Assembly: GCA_905331295.1 (NCBI GenBank)
Contig: CAJNYD010000563.1
Span: forward strand, 1-43,826
Direction: 5' to 3'
DNA: 43,826 bases
Source of the DNA: Rotaria socialis
Lineage: Eukaryota
Below the pieces are notes generated by a model. The model saw nothing but the letters and a program-made list of their open reading frames with translations, did no database searches and was not told where the DNA came from. Numbering within the stretch: the first letter of the stretch is position 1; each line of letters starts with the position of its first letter. The translations under genes and the position numbers were made by a program. Positions 1 to 12,520 of the stretch are shown piece after piece.

Positions 1-3000
1 TAGACGACGCTCTTCCGTTGTTGGTAGTCGTTGTTGTTGTCGTCGTATCAGTCGTGGTTGTAGTTTCCGTTGTCGTCGTTGTATCAGTCGTGGTTGTAGT
101 GTCGGTTGTCGTCGTTGTATCAGTCGTAGTTGTAGTATCCGTTGTGGTTGTAGTATCCGTAGTAGTTGTCGTGGTAGTCGTTGTTGTTGTATCGGTAGTA
201 GTTGTTGTTGTGCTAGTCCTAGTTGTTGTTGTCGTGATAGTTGTAGTGGTGGTGGATGTTGTAGTTGTTGTTGTGTCCGTAGTAGTTGTTGTTGTAGTCG
301 TTGTGGTGGTTGTTGTGGATGTAGTTGTAGTAGTTGTTGTGATGGTCGTAGCAGTTGATGTTGTTGTGCTTGTTGCGGTGGTACTTGTTGTTGTAGTTGC
401 GGTTGTTGTCGTTGTTGTTGTTGTTGTTGTTGTTGTAGTTGTTCCTGTGCCTCCTGTCGAAGTTAAAACGTAAGTGTTAGACTTGTTTTCAAGAGAAATA
501 TTCGAATGTTTGAGAATTCAAGAGGTAGTGTGATGAAGTTGATATATAGTGTGGTCGTTGAAATAGACTTCAGTAATTTCGAATATAAATTTTCTGCTGA
601 AATTTTGTTTGTGCGATGATTTTAGATACAAGAGATGTCTTTATTGATGGTATTACAGTTTATTTAACTCTTCAAATCATAAATCGCATCGATTACATAT
701 AAAGCATACGCTTGAATACTCAACGATTTGTGAGAACGAAGAAGAAGTATAGATACAGACAAGTGTGAAGGACAGAAAGATAAAGGCAATATGTGTGATG
801 AGATTAAATGGTAGCATAAGACCAAATATTATGTGTAGGTTATACTTGAATGAGAGCATTACACCCCCGGATGGAATTTGGACGTTCTCCGGAAATAAAG
901 TTACAGTTTGGATCAGCTTTTATTGGAACTTTGTATGATCGTTGATTGAAAACTTTATGAGTTATCTACGTTTTGATAGAGCCATAGTAGAGATTGTGTC
1001 ATAGTTTCTGGATTAGGAGAACTGGGTTAACGCAAATTTATTTCAAGTTAGTGCGTGTGGAAGACTCACCACGGTGTTCTGTAACTTATGGGCTATCAGA
1101 AGAAACTCGACGAATGAAGTTACTGTTAGCAAAGTACATGAAGTTGCAAAGGGTCTCGTAAGTGAGTTTGAATCAGAATGTATGCATCCTAATAGTGCGG
1201 TTAGAACATATGTAACATCATGAAATATGACAACATTTCCATCGTAAAGTAAAATTTTTGGACAAATTTATACACGTCTACAGATCTCCATTCAGTCATT
1301 TACTCTAAAGCTACTCTAGTTAGCAACCTGCTGTGTAACATGATAAGAATATTAAGTTTTTTGAGTTATTCATTTATTGCTTCTGTAAAAGAACCCTTAA
1401 AAATGCGTTAAAGATTGTTTGCTGAGTAAAATTATTAAAATACTAAGGTTGCCTTTGCTAACGTAATTAAAATATGTATCTGCTCAGTAAAAAATATTTT
1501 GGCAAGTTAGATAATTGATTGCTAAGCAATAAAATATTCTCTCAAGTTAATAAATCGAAATTTCACAAAAAAATACAATTCTCAGGTAAAAAATATCATT
1601 ACTAAGTTATTTCAAATTCATCCAAAGTACGGGTGTATAAGAGGAGAAGAATTTTCACGGTGACATGATGCTAGTGTCCGTTGACTACAATAGTTTGAGA
1701 CTCGAAAACAAAATGTTTTTAAACCAGGAACCAGAAGTGTATCAGATGAAAAAATTATTTGTTTACTGGATAAAAAAAACTTTTCGATTCTGATCATGTA
1801 GAATTGCAGTATTATAGTGCTAATGAAATATTTTGATCAATATTTGATTTAGTCACTTCGATGATAAAAGACGCTTCTTCTCCTGTTCCGCTTTAGATGA
1901 TGGGCACAAGCACAGATTCGCAAAATGATATTCACTACTAAAACCCGTCGTGTCCAAGATTTTTAAACCCGGAATCCGATCCGAACCTAAGAAAACAGTA
2001 TTTTAAGGCACATGACAGGTCGGCTGTGTAGACCCATGCCTGAGTTCAAATTCTATCCGACGCGTTCTATATGGAGTATATATTTTCAATCTCGCTTTCG
2101 TTCTAGCAACATTAAAGTAATAGCACGATATTTGCATATTCCACCTAGATCTTCTTTCGTTCTGAGGTCATGTGGAAATTGGACCACGTTCTTTTCTTGA
2201 GGATGTTCTGTTGCAACTAGTGCTATTTTGTTTGTATTATTGAGAGTTTGGCTTTGTTTGGCACTTTCTATTTAGCTCTTCCGCTCCGTCATTTTTTTGA
2301 TAACTTTTATGTATGTATATACATCGCGGAAAGTTAATTTTGAATTAATAACTACGTGGAAAACAGACTTTGCAGTTATCCAAGTTTCTTTTAACAGTAC
2401 TTATGCAACCATATTATTGGCATGACTATTAGGTTGCTTTTGTAAATGCCCTTCAGCAAAAAACGATATATCTTTGGGTGAAAAAATAAAACAAGAAAGA
2501 CCACGAAGAGCAACAGAAGCTCTATTAATAAAATAACTGTACAATTAATGATTGTGCTTAGATATTCATATCTCTCTGTATTTAGCAAAAATTTTATTTT
2601 TTACTCAGCTTTTAGTTAAAATTATTTAGCAGATAAGTAGTAGCCCGTCAAAGCACTCGTCTAATGTTATTCTTCTGATTGGGGATTTACATTCCATTGC
2701 TGACTTCTTCTAAAAGAAGTTCAATTTAACTGAGGAAATGAATAACAGCGTGTAGAGGGATTTGTTCCTTCAGTTGATGACTATACCCGATTTCGAAAAA
2801 AAAAATGATTCAATTTTGTGAATATCCATATAAGCACAGCGTGCTGATCATTAATATTGTTTATACTTGTATCATATAGTACTTGAAGTACAGATTCATA
2901 CGTAATGTTTTAACTTAGGTGATATGATAAATATAGAAATCAAAATTAATCGTAATTATGAGATGGTTTTGAAACTCTTACCTTTCGGGGTAAGATAGAT

Positions 3001-3282
3001 ATACAATAACGGAGCTGCGACAGCACTAGCCAATAATAAACAGGTAATCATTGCGCATATAAATAAACGGTATTGTTTTCGCTTCGATTTATCATTTTGT
3101 TGTTCTTCAACTATTTCTACTTCTTCCAGTGGTGCATGGATGACAATAGGACTTTCCACAGAATGGATTCGGGGCAGTGTTGGAGCCTGACTCAATTCTG
3201 GAATCTGAGCCAAAGCTGGAATCCGAGCTAAGGCTGGAATCCGAGCCATTATAATCACTGGGTACACACGCCGAGTATTCAT
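1..3282 (-). CDS. Type II membrane protein with Thr-rich (mucin-like) stalk; 2 exons visible (3282..2982, 453..1), 3' end outside the window
   Basis: Exon 1 starts at ATG 3282 and encodes MNTRRVYP...KRKQYR, a hydrophobic segment LFICAMITCLLLASAVAAPLLYIYL, then TPK G|GTAAG (phase 1). The acceptor ttttaacttcgacag at 454 is also phase 1 and continues G-G-T-G-TTTT with TTTDT/TTETT repeats to the window edge. Confidence 0.75.
862..2067. mobile_element. Possible degenerate TA-flanked non-autonomous DNA transposon in the intron
   Basis: Imperfect inverted ends: CGGATGGAATTTGGAC (~868-883) versus the reverse complement of 2044-2059, CGGATAGAATTTGAAC. TA lies on both flanks. The outermost bases do not match. 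Confidence 0.3.
3179..3247 (-). repeat. 18-bp coding tandem repeat (ARIPAL-ARIPAL-AQIPEL-SQAPT)
   Basis: Direct repeats gctggaatccgagc / ctggaatctgagc at 18-bp spacing. Confidence 0.7.
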
Positions 3283-3708
3283 TGAAATATTCAAATGATG
3301 TCTTCATCTATTTTGGCAAATACGATGCCACTATTGATGTTGCATTTTATGTTTATTCAAGATTTCAATAGGTTTCTTTAGTGAGCAGCAGGCAAAATAA
3401 TATATCGAATGCACTTTAATATGCGTGAATGACATAGGTTTCTGTGTTTTCGGTATCCGATTAACTTTTTCGTTCTTCAAATTTCTCGTCGTTTTTATAT
3501 AGTATTGTTTTCATTACTCTCACGGAAGATTGACTCAGTCAAAATTGAAGAATTTCAAATGAAAAACAGAAGTGATTTTTTTAATTGATCTTTTTAGCTG
3601 CCTGCCGCGCGTAAATATTCCTAGGAGTAAATATTGCCTACGTCATATGATATATAAACACGCACATAAACACAACAGTCCATTAGAAACATCACAAAAC
3701 ATTGATAA

Positions 3709-4789
3709 CAGTGGCGTATCCAGCAGGGTAGCAATTGGGCAATTGCCACCCAAACGAAATTTTGTTGCTACCTATTTCTTTTTTAGTACAGGCAATTGCC
3801 CATCGTAAAAAAATAAGAAAATTTGTGTGCAGTTAAAGATTTGAGGACTGTTTTCTTTCAACACATTTGCTTGCGGCGAGCTTTAATCAAGTGATTTACA
3901 CAAATCAATCTTCAATGTCTTCTAGCTAAAGAATGATCACCATAATAATTCATTGATATTTACTGGCAAAATATTCTCCATCTCTTATACACTCAAATTT
4001 GCTAAAAATAAAGGTGGATAAATGTTCAACGATCTTTCTATTTCTACAAACATAATTCATATGATACAGAAACGCCTGAATCAATCAAAATTGAAAAATG
4101 TCGCAACATATGTTGCAACATGATTCGTGCAATGTAGAATTGAAAACGTGAGCAAATTATATAGAAAATTAAAATAAAATTGATTGTGTAAATGACAGTG
4201 TTTTGAAAACGTTTTCACAACTTATTTCAGATAATAAAAGTACTACATTAGTAATGAAATGACAATATATGTACGTAGTTCACAGGATGTGCATATTAGT
4301 GAACAGTACAACTAAGAAAAATAACTTTCATGATTGAGAATTTGTTGAAAATATAGATGGAACAATGCTTGTTGCTTGTCATTGTCCAATGTAAGAGAAC
4401 AAACTAATACGTGCCATTGTGTGATCGATGAAAGAAGATTAACTGAGCTTTTTCGTTGCCTAACGAAAGAGAAGGAAAAGACATTGATAATTTTTCGGCG
4501 AAAAAAGATAAAATAATACACACCCTCACCCACACCCTTCTTCAAATAAAATATTCAAATATATGAAATTGAAAAATAGATTTACGAAACACGGGGGAAA
4601 GCAGCGAATTCATCTGTTAACGTAGGATGACTACAACTTTCTCTTCGAATACACAACGGCTTCTGTAATGCGCATAATTTTTTAAAATTATTGCCCACTA
4701 GATTTTATAATTGCCCACTATTGCTACTCATTATAAATAATTTAGCTGGTGAATTGCCACCTACTGAAAAAATCCTGGCTACGCCACTG
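3709..4789. mobile_element. Non-autonomous hAT-type element (~1.08 kb)
   Basis: TIRs CAGTGGCGTATCCAG and CTGGCTACGCCACTG; 8-bp TSD attgataa/attgatga; subterminal TTGCCACC/TTGCCCA motifs at both ends; no transposase ORF. Confidence 0.85.
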
Positions 4790-7700
4790 ATTGATGAAAA
4801 TGAATCTTAGAATGGATGAAAGCCATTCAGTCAGTATAATATGCATAAGACACTGTACTACATTTGTTTACGGACTACACATGGGATCTAACGGGTTAGT
4901 TGAGATAGTCACACGCTCGATTAGAAATGAATATAGAACCATACTTGTAAAAAGATGATATTAGGTACATAAATTTTAAATTCTACAATTTTAATTTTCG
5001 CACTAAGAATTTAAGGTAACATGGTGAACAGAAGAACCAAATCGAGAAGATTTTTTATACACTCCTTTCAAAAAAATCATATCTTCCTCGACATTTATGT
5101 AAGCTACACTGATCAATTTATTCTCAAAACCACCCATAGATAATCTGATTCATGAGACTTATCGGATGTACTGCACGTCAGTCTGTTAGGTCGAAATTTT
5201 CAAGAGCTTGGAACTGGACCCTAATAGGATGCTCGTATATTTGTAAAGAATATTATGGTGCGAGAGCCACTACATTTAGTGGAATTAATTATGACCTTTA
5301 AATTTCTCTGGTTGTCACGATACATATCGAAAGAAGTTGGTATCGCGAAATACACAGATTAGATGATCGAGATTAGGATGAATATGGTAAAAACGAGTAA
5401 TATCGAGATTGGCAGACACGTAAGAGGAAAATATGGAGAAGAAGATAAAAAAAAACGAAACTGTGAACGCCACAAAATAAGAATTATTTCCTTGTTTTAA
5501 GATCATGTCGTGCATATTTCCACACTTGCATTCAAAATCACGCGCTTCAGGTAAAAATTCAATTAATTAACACTGGCAGAAAACTTACTGCAAGTAATTT
5601 TTTTTAAATAATTCAATATATGATGTTTACTTGTTTTCCTGTTTTCTAAACAAATATGCATCGTACTGTTACCGAAAAAGTATTGTACTTTTGGCTTTTA
5701 TTATGTATCATGGGTGTCATAGATTAGTCACCGAAATTTGTTTTACTACTTCTAGATACGTTACACACATATTTCAATGATTCGCTCGAATGATAGAGAG
5801 ATACCGATGTAATTTTCTGCAGATGCAAAATTTTATCCGATTCTTGATATCTGCTTTATGTGTTTTTTTTCTCAAGAGAGTTAAGAATATGTGCGAGTTT
5901 ATCACCTTTCAAACCTCAAATGACTTCTTTGAAAAGATTTTTCTCATATCGAAGTATATCATGGCGTTAGCGCGCATAGGTTAGACTGAAGGAACATGTG
6001 ATAAAACTAAGTCATCAAAAAGTCTTCTATACATTCTCCCTTCCTCATTTCATTTGGCCAATATTTTCAAGGTTTTACTATACTGAAAAATAAAGAACAA
6101 AACTTGAGCATCCTTATATATCGAGATTACGGCTTGTGTACGGCCTATGTGGTTGGGGTGATTATACAACACTTATTCTATATATAGATTACACATTAGG
6201 AGATTATATATACATTTAAATATTGAAAAAATTCATGAAACACTAGATGAATCTTTTGAAGCGCTAGTATTTCAACAAACATGGGCAGCCTTTTTAATCG
6301 CAACATCAACAGCTATGATTGAATATTTTGTATTGCCATTTTCCCACCATAATTTAATTAAATTCATTTTTAAAATATAATATGATCCAAAAGTAAGAAG
6401 AATAAAACTATAATAACACCATAATGAAATTAAAGAATATCTATATATATCGATGTGTATACCCATAATGAATAGATAAATATCTTTTCTCTTTCTCTCA
6501 ACAACAAACATTGTAATAAATAAAAATGTAAACAAACGTTTAAGTGTCTCGTATTGTATCATCTTCTTTCTTTCTTTTTTCTTCCTTGTCTTTTCTCATC
6601 TCTTGTTCAGCTGTTTCGCTAAGAAGATAGATGTAGTATTTATATAGACACTGTAACTGTTAACCTTTTGGAACAATAAACTTCATGTTAAAAAATAAAA
6701 ATAAACCTCTTGATCTTTCAAACATCGACGATATTCTACCAGATACGGATTCGTCACAACACAATCTGGTCTGGTGCAAGGCTGCATAGAAATGAGTTGC
6801 TCGATCTCACTGAAACAAAACGAAGTTTTTGCCATTCACAGTTAAAAAATCATAAAACTTAGACGTGGCGCGGTCGCTGTTCAGTATTTTATTTTTTGTA
6901 GTGATATTAGACCGTTTGGTTTTATGTATCGTTAAATAGAGCTAAATTAAGTATGTATGTTCGTGGAAAAACTATCGCCAAGTTCTCAACCCCTTGTGAA
7001 AAACAAAAACGATTATTTTCTCAGCCATTGGCCATTGCCTATGTACCAGTAACGGTGGTACAAATTTTATTTTGACAGTGACTCAGGCATAGCGTATATT
7101 GCACAGCAAAAAAAATGTTACTGAAACAGGAATACAAGAAGCTCTTGGCAAACGCTTTCAAGAGGAACGGTAAAATTACGTCAATAAATAATTAACCAAA
7201 AACAAAAATCTGTTTATGGCTATTATTTTAAACAATGATTTGACTTCTCCCATTTTTCTTACCTAAATATTACAAACAAGCATTGATATGACTAACTTTG
7301 GTATGAGAGGATGCCTTTTTTTAATAAGCTTTCATGGGATTGAAACCCGGCAAAAGCCTCCGATAGTTTCGTATTTTCCCGCCAGTATCAGACCTATAAT
7401 CCACTAATCTATATTCTTGTTACCGTTGAGTAAGTGAGATTTTCACTTTCCATATTCACCCTTAATCGTAGAAACAGGCTCTAGCAAATAATAAATAACT
7501 TTTTAAAGCAAATATCTAACTGATTGTTCAGACCTTTATACTAGTCTCAATACAAGAGAAAATACTAAATAGATAAATAGGAATATATTTCGCTACCTCT
7601 TATCCGGCTGTATAAAGCGGCGCTACAGAGAACCGCTGCTTTACTATGGTGTCGATGGAAACTGGCTGTAGCTAAAGTAGATCCATGACATGAGTTGTAG

Positions 7701-7841
7701 CTGAATTTAAAGATTCACTTAGTCGTTGCAAATTACTGTTGTCGAAGCACAATGGCAAAAAGACGTCGTTACATTTCCGAAAAAAAGGAGCGTCATTGAT
7801 TTAAGAAAAAACCGTGTAGAACAGTTCAATTCACTACACCC

Positions 7842-9180
7842 TTATTGAGAGTATGAGTTATTCACGCGATGCTTTATTATTAAATAAGCAGAATAATTTG
7901 TTCCAGACGAAACCCATTGTAGTACCAAATAAAGAAATGAAAACATGCATATTGATGGTACCATAAAAGGAAGAATAGTGAAAACAATTCGAATAAGTTT
8001 ATGATTTTTCATCAGAAAAGTAGTTAGTGGGTGTAATCCTTCTTTCACACTTGTTACAAATGGATTATAATTATTACCAAACAACCATCTTCTCGTAAGA
8101 TAGTAAATTCGAACAGGACCGAATATCCGATGGAGAAAATCATGTGTTGCTCCGAAATTAAAAGCAGAAGATTTATGTAATTATTTTTGAATGACGATTT
8201 CTATAATATTCACCTATCAACAAAGACCGAAGTTGAAATATTATTTACAAGTAAATAACTAGTCTGTGTAAGTGGTGAGTAGAAACCAGTACGTTCAGAA
8301 TAAACGATCTTCTTCAGTCCTATCGTATGATCACCCACAACCAATTGATGATTGAGCGTTTAGTTTGATGCACGTATAAACTGACTTTTCGTTTCACTCT
8401 TGACAATGACGACAATATTGTGTGAACCTGATAAACTTACTGAATGTCCCTGGATCGTAATAAACGTATAGAAATAAACTAAATTTCATTTATTTAATAA
8501 TACTAAATTATAGCTAGAAGTTCTACAAACTTGTTGTCTTTGGTTCTGAATGCAACATGGCTATTATTTTGTCTTCAATAAAATATTTGTCATCATGACT
8601 CAACGTCCAGATACGATCTTCTACTTGTAGATTTCTAACAAAGCGTTGTCCTCCTTCTACTAGGTTGACATAATCTTTGCCAGAGTAACATCCTACAATT
8701 AAAAATTTTATTTTTCATGAATCGATAAAAGCATGCTTGATACGATTTGTATCATATCTAGCTCGGATAGAACAAATTTAAAACGATGTTGATCACTTTC
8801 TGATGTCGTTGTCGGCGTTGTTACAAAAAATGTTTTTACATATCCATTAGACAAAAATAAAATGACTGATAGCAGAAGACGTAGAGAGTTAGTTCGGACT
8901 TCAATTTATGATACCATATAGAATTGATACACCGACTCCTATCATCTGACGCATCAGATAAAGTTTGATCTACGACTTTTAATTATCATCATCACCTCCA
9001 CTCCCAGAAGCGTTATCTAATAAGCCAACCCTGCTCAAGTTAAGCTGTTGCCATATTATTCGTACGTCTGTACCAAAATATCGAAAACTAACTTACACGT
9101 GGTAGCCGTTGCAGTTATTGTCGTCGATGTTGCAGAGGAGGTGGTACTCGTGGTTGTTGTTGATGTAGCGGCAGCGACTG
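7842..9180 (-). pseudogene. Hedgehog-related Hog-domain gene (Hint + sterol-recognition-like region) with Thr-rich upstream exon and C-terminal hydrophobic tail; disrupted
   Basis: Exon 8692..8531 encodes CYSGKDYVNLVEGGQRFVRNLQVEDRIW...IIAMLH. Exon 8478..8214 encodes SLSGSHNI...GFYSPLTQTSYLLVNNISTSVF. Exon 8157..7842 encodes HDFLHRIFGPVR...EGLHP plus a hydrophobic tail. Upstream exon 9180..9097 is Thr/Ser-rich. Lesions: in-frame TAA at 8362-8360, and intron 8213..8158 ends in AA instead of AG. Confidence 0.8.
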
Positions 9181-9374
9181 CTGCAATTGAAGGATAGAAA
9201 TGTTCCTTTTTTTCAAAATGGGAAGGATTAAAATGATTATGACTAAAAAACTCAGCGTTTAAATATACTTAGTAAGCGTTTTTCCTTAATTAGAACCAAA
9301 TCAGTTCAAATTAAATTGAACTTAAACAGCTTGTATTCTTCAGCCGCAGTCGATCGCCTTTTGTTCGAAATGTA

Positions 9375-10659
9375 CAGACCATTCCATTTATTTTGAAACA
9401 AAATACAAATCTTTTTCTTCTTCTACTTTAAAGCAGTTATTGCAAAAGATGTTCGATATCGGATCCATGGGCATAGTAAATTAATCTACAACGCTTTGCC
9501 CAACTTTCCAAAGCGTTGTCGATAATTTCTTGCTCACGGTTTTCCCACTCAACGTTTATAGCATTTTTTAGTCCTTTCAGTGTTGACACTTTGTGCTTTC
9601 GTACTCGTTCTTTCATAATCCCCCATATTGAATAGTCCATTGGTGCAGCATCAGGACTCTTAGGTAACCACTCAAGCGGTATTATAACATTAATGTTGTG
9701 TTCCTTCATATAAGAAATTGTATACTTCGCGACATGACCAGGAGCACTGTCTTGATGCAGCACCATTTTCTTTTGCATATCACCAGGAAATAAACGAGAG
9801 ATATCATATTCAATAAGTGGCTCTATGATGTGTTCAATATAATATTTGCTGGTTATTGTAGTCCCATGTTCAATAAAATATACTTGAGTTTTTCCATGTG
9901 AACTGGCACCAGCCCAAACCATTACAGCTACAGGATGTAAATCGTTTTTTTCAATTTTTTTAATTTCTGCTGGTAGTTGATTACTTCTAACATAATATAT
10001 ATCTCTTATACCTCGACTCGCATCGAGATAAAACCATGCTTCATCGGTAGTTAGATAATTCTTATACTTTTCATTTGATAATCGTCGGTACATACGCCAA
10101 GCTCGAGATCGTCTCTTTTCAACAATAGCTGGATAAAGTCGATGTACTGGCGTTTTTTTACGACATCTTGCATCGATAATATCACGAATAGTACGAAACG
10201 TGGTACCAACACTAATGTGACATCTTGCAGCCATTAAAGAAACGGTTGGGGGATTTTCTTGATTAATGTATGATGTAATACGGCGAACTATGGAAGGTGT
10301 TGCTATATGACGACGACGATGAAACTTTGGTTTTTCACTATTCAATAAACATAATTGCCGTTGTTTTCCAACCTTATTAGCAATACGACTGATAGTGCTT
10401 TTCGATACATTCAAATTCATTCGTGCTAGTTCTTGCTGGATCACATAGTATGAATAATTTTTCGTCAAAATATATTTGACGATACCTTCGATATTATCCG
10501 ATATTTTATTTCGAGGCATTCTTTTATCTAAAATATAAATATCATTAGAACATATCTAACTTTGGTAGGATAAACTGAAATAAGAATCATAAAATCTATA
10601 TCATTTATTGGTGAAAAAATGAGCCCGTGAAATCGTTTCAAAATAAATGGAATGGCCTG
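9375..10659 (-). mobile_element. Full-length Tc1/mariner element, DD37D (maT) type
   Basis: 25-bp TIRs CAG(A/G)CCATTCCATTTATTTTGAAAC with 1 mismatch; TA TSD at 9373-9374 and 10660-10661; single transposase ORF inside. Confidence 0.95.
9437..10519 (-). CDS. DD37D transposase, 360 aa, uninterrupted
   Basis: Motifs TTDEAWF, MVWAG, LHQDSAPGH and PKSPDAAPMDYSIW; 37 residues between the 2nd and 3rd catalytic Asp; N-terminal HTH-like region. Confidence 0.95.
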   Translation of the reverse strand: MPRNKISDNIEGIVKYILTKNYSYYVIQQELARMNLNVSKSTISRIANKVGKQRQLCLLNSEKPKFHRRRHIATPSIVRRITSYINQENPPTVSLMAARCHISVGTTFRTIRDIIDARCRKKTPVHRLYPAIVEKRRSRAWRMYRRLSNEKYKNYLTTDEAWFYLDASRGIRDIYYVRSNQLPAEIKKIEKNDLHPVAVMVWAGASSHGKTQVYFIEHGTTITSKYYIEHIIEPLIEYDISRLFPGDMQKKMVLHQDSAPGHVAKYTISYMKEHNINVIIPLEWLPKSPDAAPMDYSIWGIMKERVRKHKVSTLKGLKNAINVEWENREQEIIDNALESWAKRCRLIYYAHGSDIEHLLQ

Positions 10660-12520
10660 TATGCAAACGCTTTAAGCATCCATCGAAAACATAAATTGTT
10701 TATCAGACGAACACTAAGACAGCTATGTCATCAAACGTTGCCCGTGAAACTACGGTTTCATATTTAGCAAGTTCAGTATTTCATCAATTATTTTCATCAT
10801 TATTGTGTTTTCCGTTCACTAGCAGCCGGAATCATAGAGATCACGACACTTCGTTGAGCCGTATGTCAGATTATGGATGAGCACCTGAAAGATCTTAAAT
10901 CCATTTTGGTTCGATCAGAATGCGAGCCTAGATGGGTTAAAAACTTGTTCCAGCGGCTTATCAGTTAAGTTTATGACTTAAAGCGTCAAGATCTCGAAAA
11001 CACAATGAGTCACTCAGTATTCTACCATCCAATGTTCTAATTCTCGTTTTTTTTCAGATTTGAATATTTTTCATGCATATTCACTTGATTTATCTTGACA
11101 ACAGCTTAAAACTGTTGCATCAACTTTTTATAAAATGAAAGATGTAGATCCCACGAAGTGATGTGCGGGAGTGTGTCAAAATCCGGCCATAATTATGGAA
11201 ACTCATTAGTTGCTCAATATATACAATATTCATAGATTGCAAAGAACAAAATGCATCTTCACAAAAAATGAAGTTCCTTTCGCCTCTCTATTAGAAAACT
11301 GGTGCAGGATTTTCAAAATTCATCAGGAGTTTAGAGAATCAGCATTTTCATTCATGCGATTTATTTAAGATCTACTTATGATGAGGTCTAAAGGGACATA
11401 CGTAGTACTGATTACAATAATTATTTTTTTGGAAGAATGAAAGCAACTCAAGCACAGAAGTGTTAGCAAAGATAACATGAGTCTTGAGCAATAGTATGCA
11501 TATTCGAACCATCTTTTGTATGCGCGTAGAATGCAAAGACCATCGACGAATCAGTATCTTCAGACGTGTAGAACAGAACAGGGTTATACAAGCATGGTAA
11601 CGCGAGAGAAAATGCTCAAACACGATGCTAATTCTCCAGGAACCAACACGTTACCATTTCGCCAATCCCATCTATCCCCCGAAGAATCAACATTTTTATT
11701 TCGTAATTACAATGATCATTTTCTTCAACTATCGAGTAGAGAGATAAGTTAAACAGAAAAGAAATTTTTCGATCACCTTACTGCAAGAGTGAAATAAGGG
11801 CACAATTCAGTATGAAAACAAGATAAATACGATTTATGGGGAAACTGTAACGAAGAGAATATTTAAATCCTGATGCCAGCAATTATACTATAGCACCGAT
11901 GATGCCTTTAAATATAGCCTGTACTATGGATGAGAAGTACAGAACGATAGTTCGAATACGATTGGTCTAATAGCACTATTCTTTGTAGTTGATGTATCTC
12001 GTGTAGATCAATACCAACACAGAAGGTATTTAACGAAAAATTTTCTAACAAGATTGAATAGATATATAGATTGTTCATTCAGCTTATGAAGACCATAGTG
12101 AAAGTTTGATTGACACAAGTATTCTAAGATGAGAAACAATAGATAGAGTAGAAAGTAGTTCTATAGTGATTCGTGTCTTATGACAAAACTTGCAATCATC
12201 AAACTTTGAAGAAAAGCTTTGAAGCTACCTTTTCGCATGAACGACTGAAGCACTGTAACATTTATTTTTGAGTAGCTGCTTGACAAAAAAAAATCAACTC
12301 GCTTTTTTTCTCCGCTGAATCACTTTTGCAATAGTAAAAAAGTATGACGAAAATAATGACGCTTTTAGGTGACGTAGTCTTCAACAACATGTTTCTTTTG
12401 TGCGCATTATTCATATCATTGACGGATGGCTGTTTTGCTGCTCTCCCTTTCAATATATATGTATGTCAAGAATTCATTGAAAATATAAATTATACTTATC
12501 AAACGAATACTAAGAAAGTG

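Noticed and set aside
18..473. Poly-Val ORF on the + strand
   Set aside because: Antisense shadow of the Thr-rich exon on the minus strand.
7330..7410. tRNA/SINE-like B-box (minus strand GGGTTTCAATCCC)
   Set aside because: No cloverleaf or convincing A-box spacing could be built.
8214..8692. Hint domain as a true intein or a bona fide hedgehog gene
   Set aside because: No terminal His-Asn plus nucleophile and no host extein. An SRR-like region follows instead, and no Hedge domain is visible.
12344..12520. Upstream hydrophobic extension of ORF 12344..12598 as a signal/TM region for the MTBD protein
   Set aside because: It is in frame but has AT-rich UTR-like composition, and a secreted MTBD is implausible. 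ATG 12521 is preferred, though the extension cannot be excluded without transcripts.
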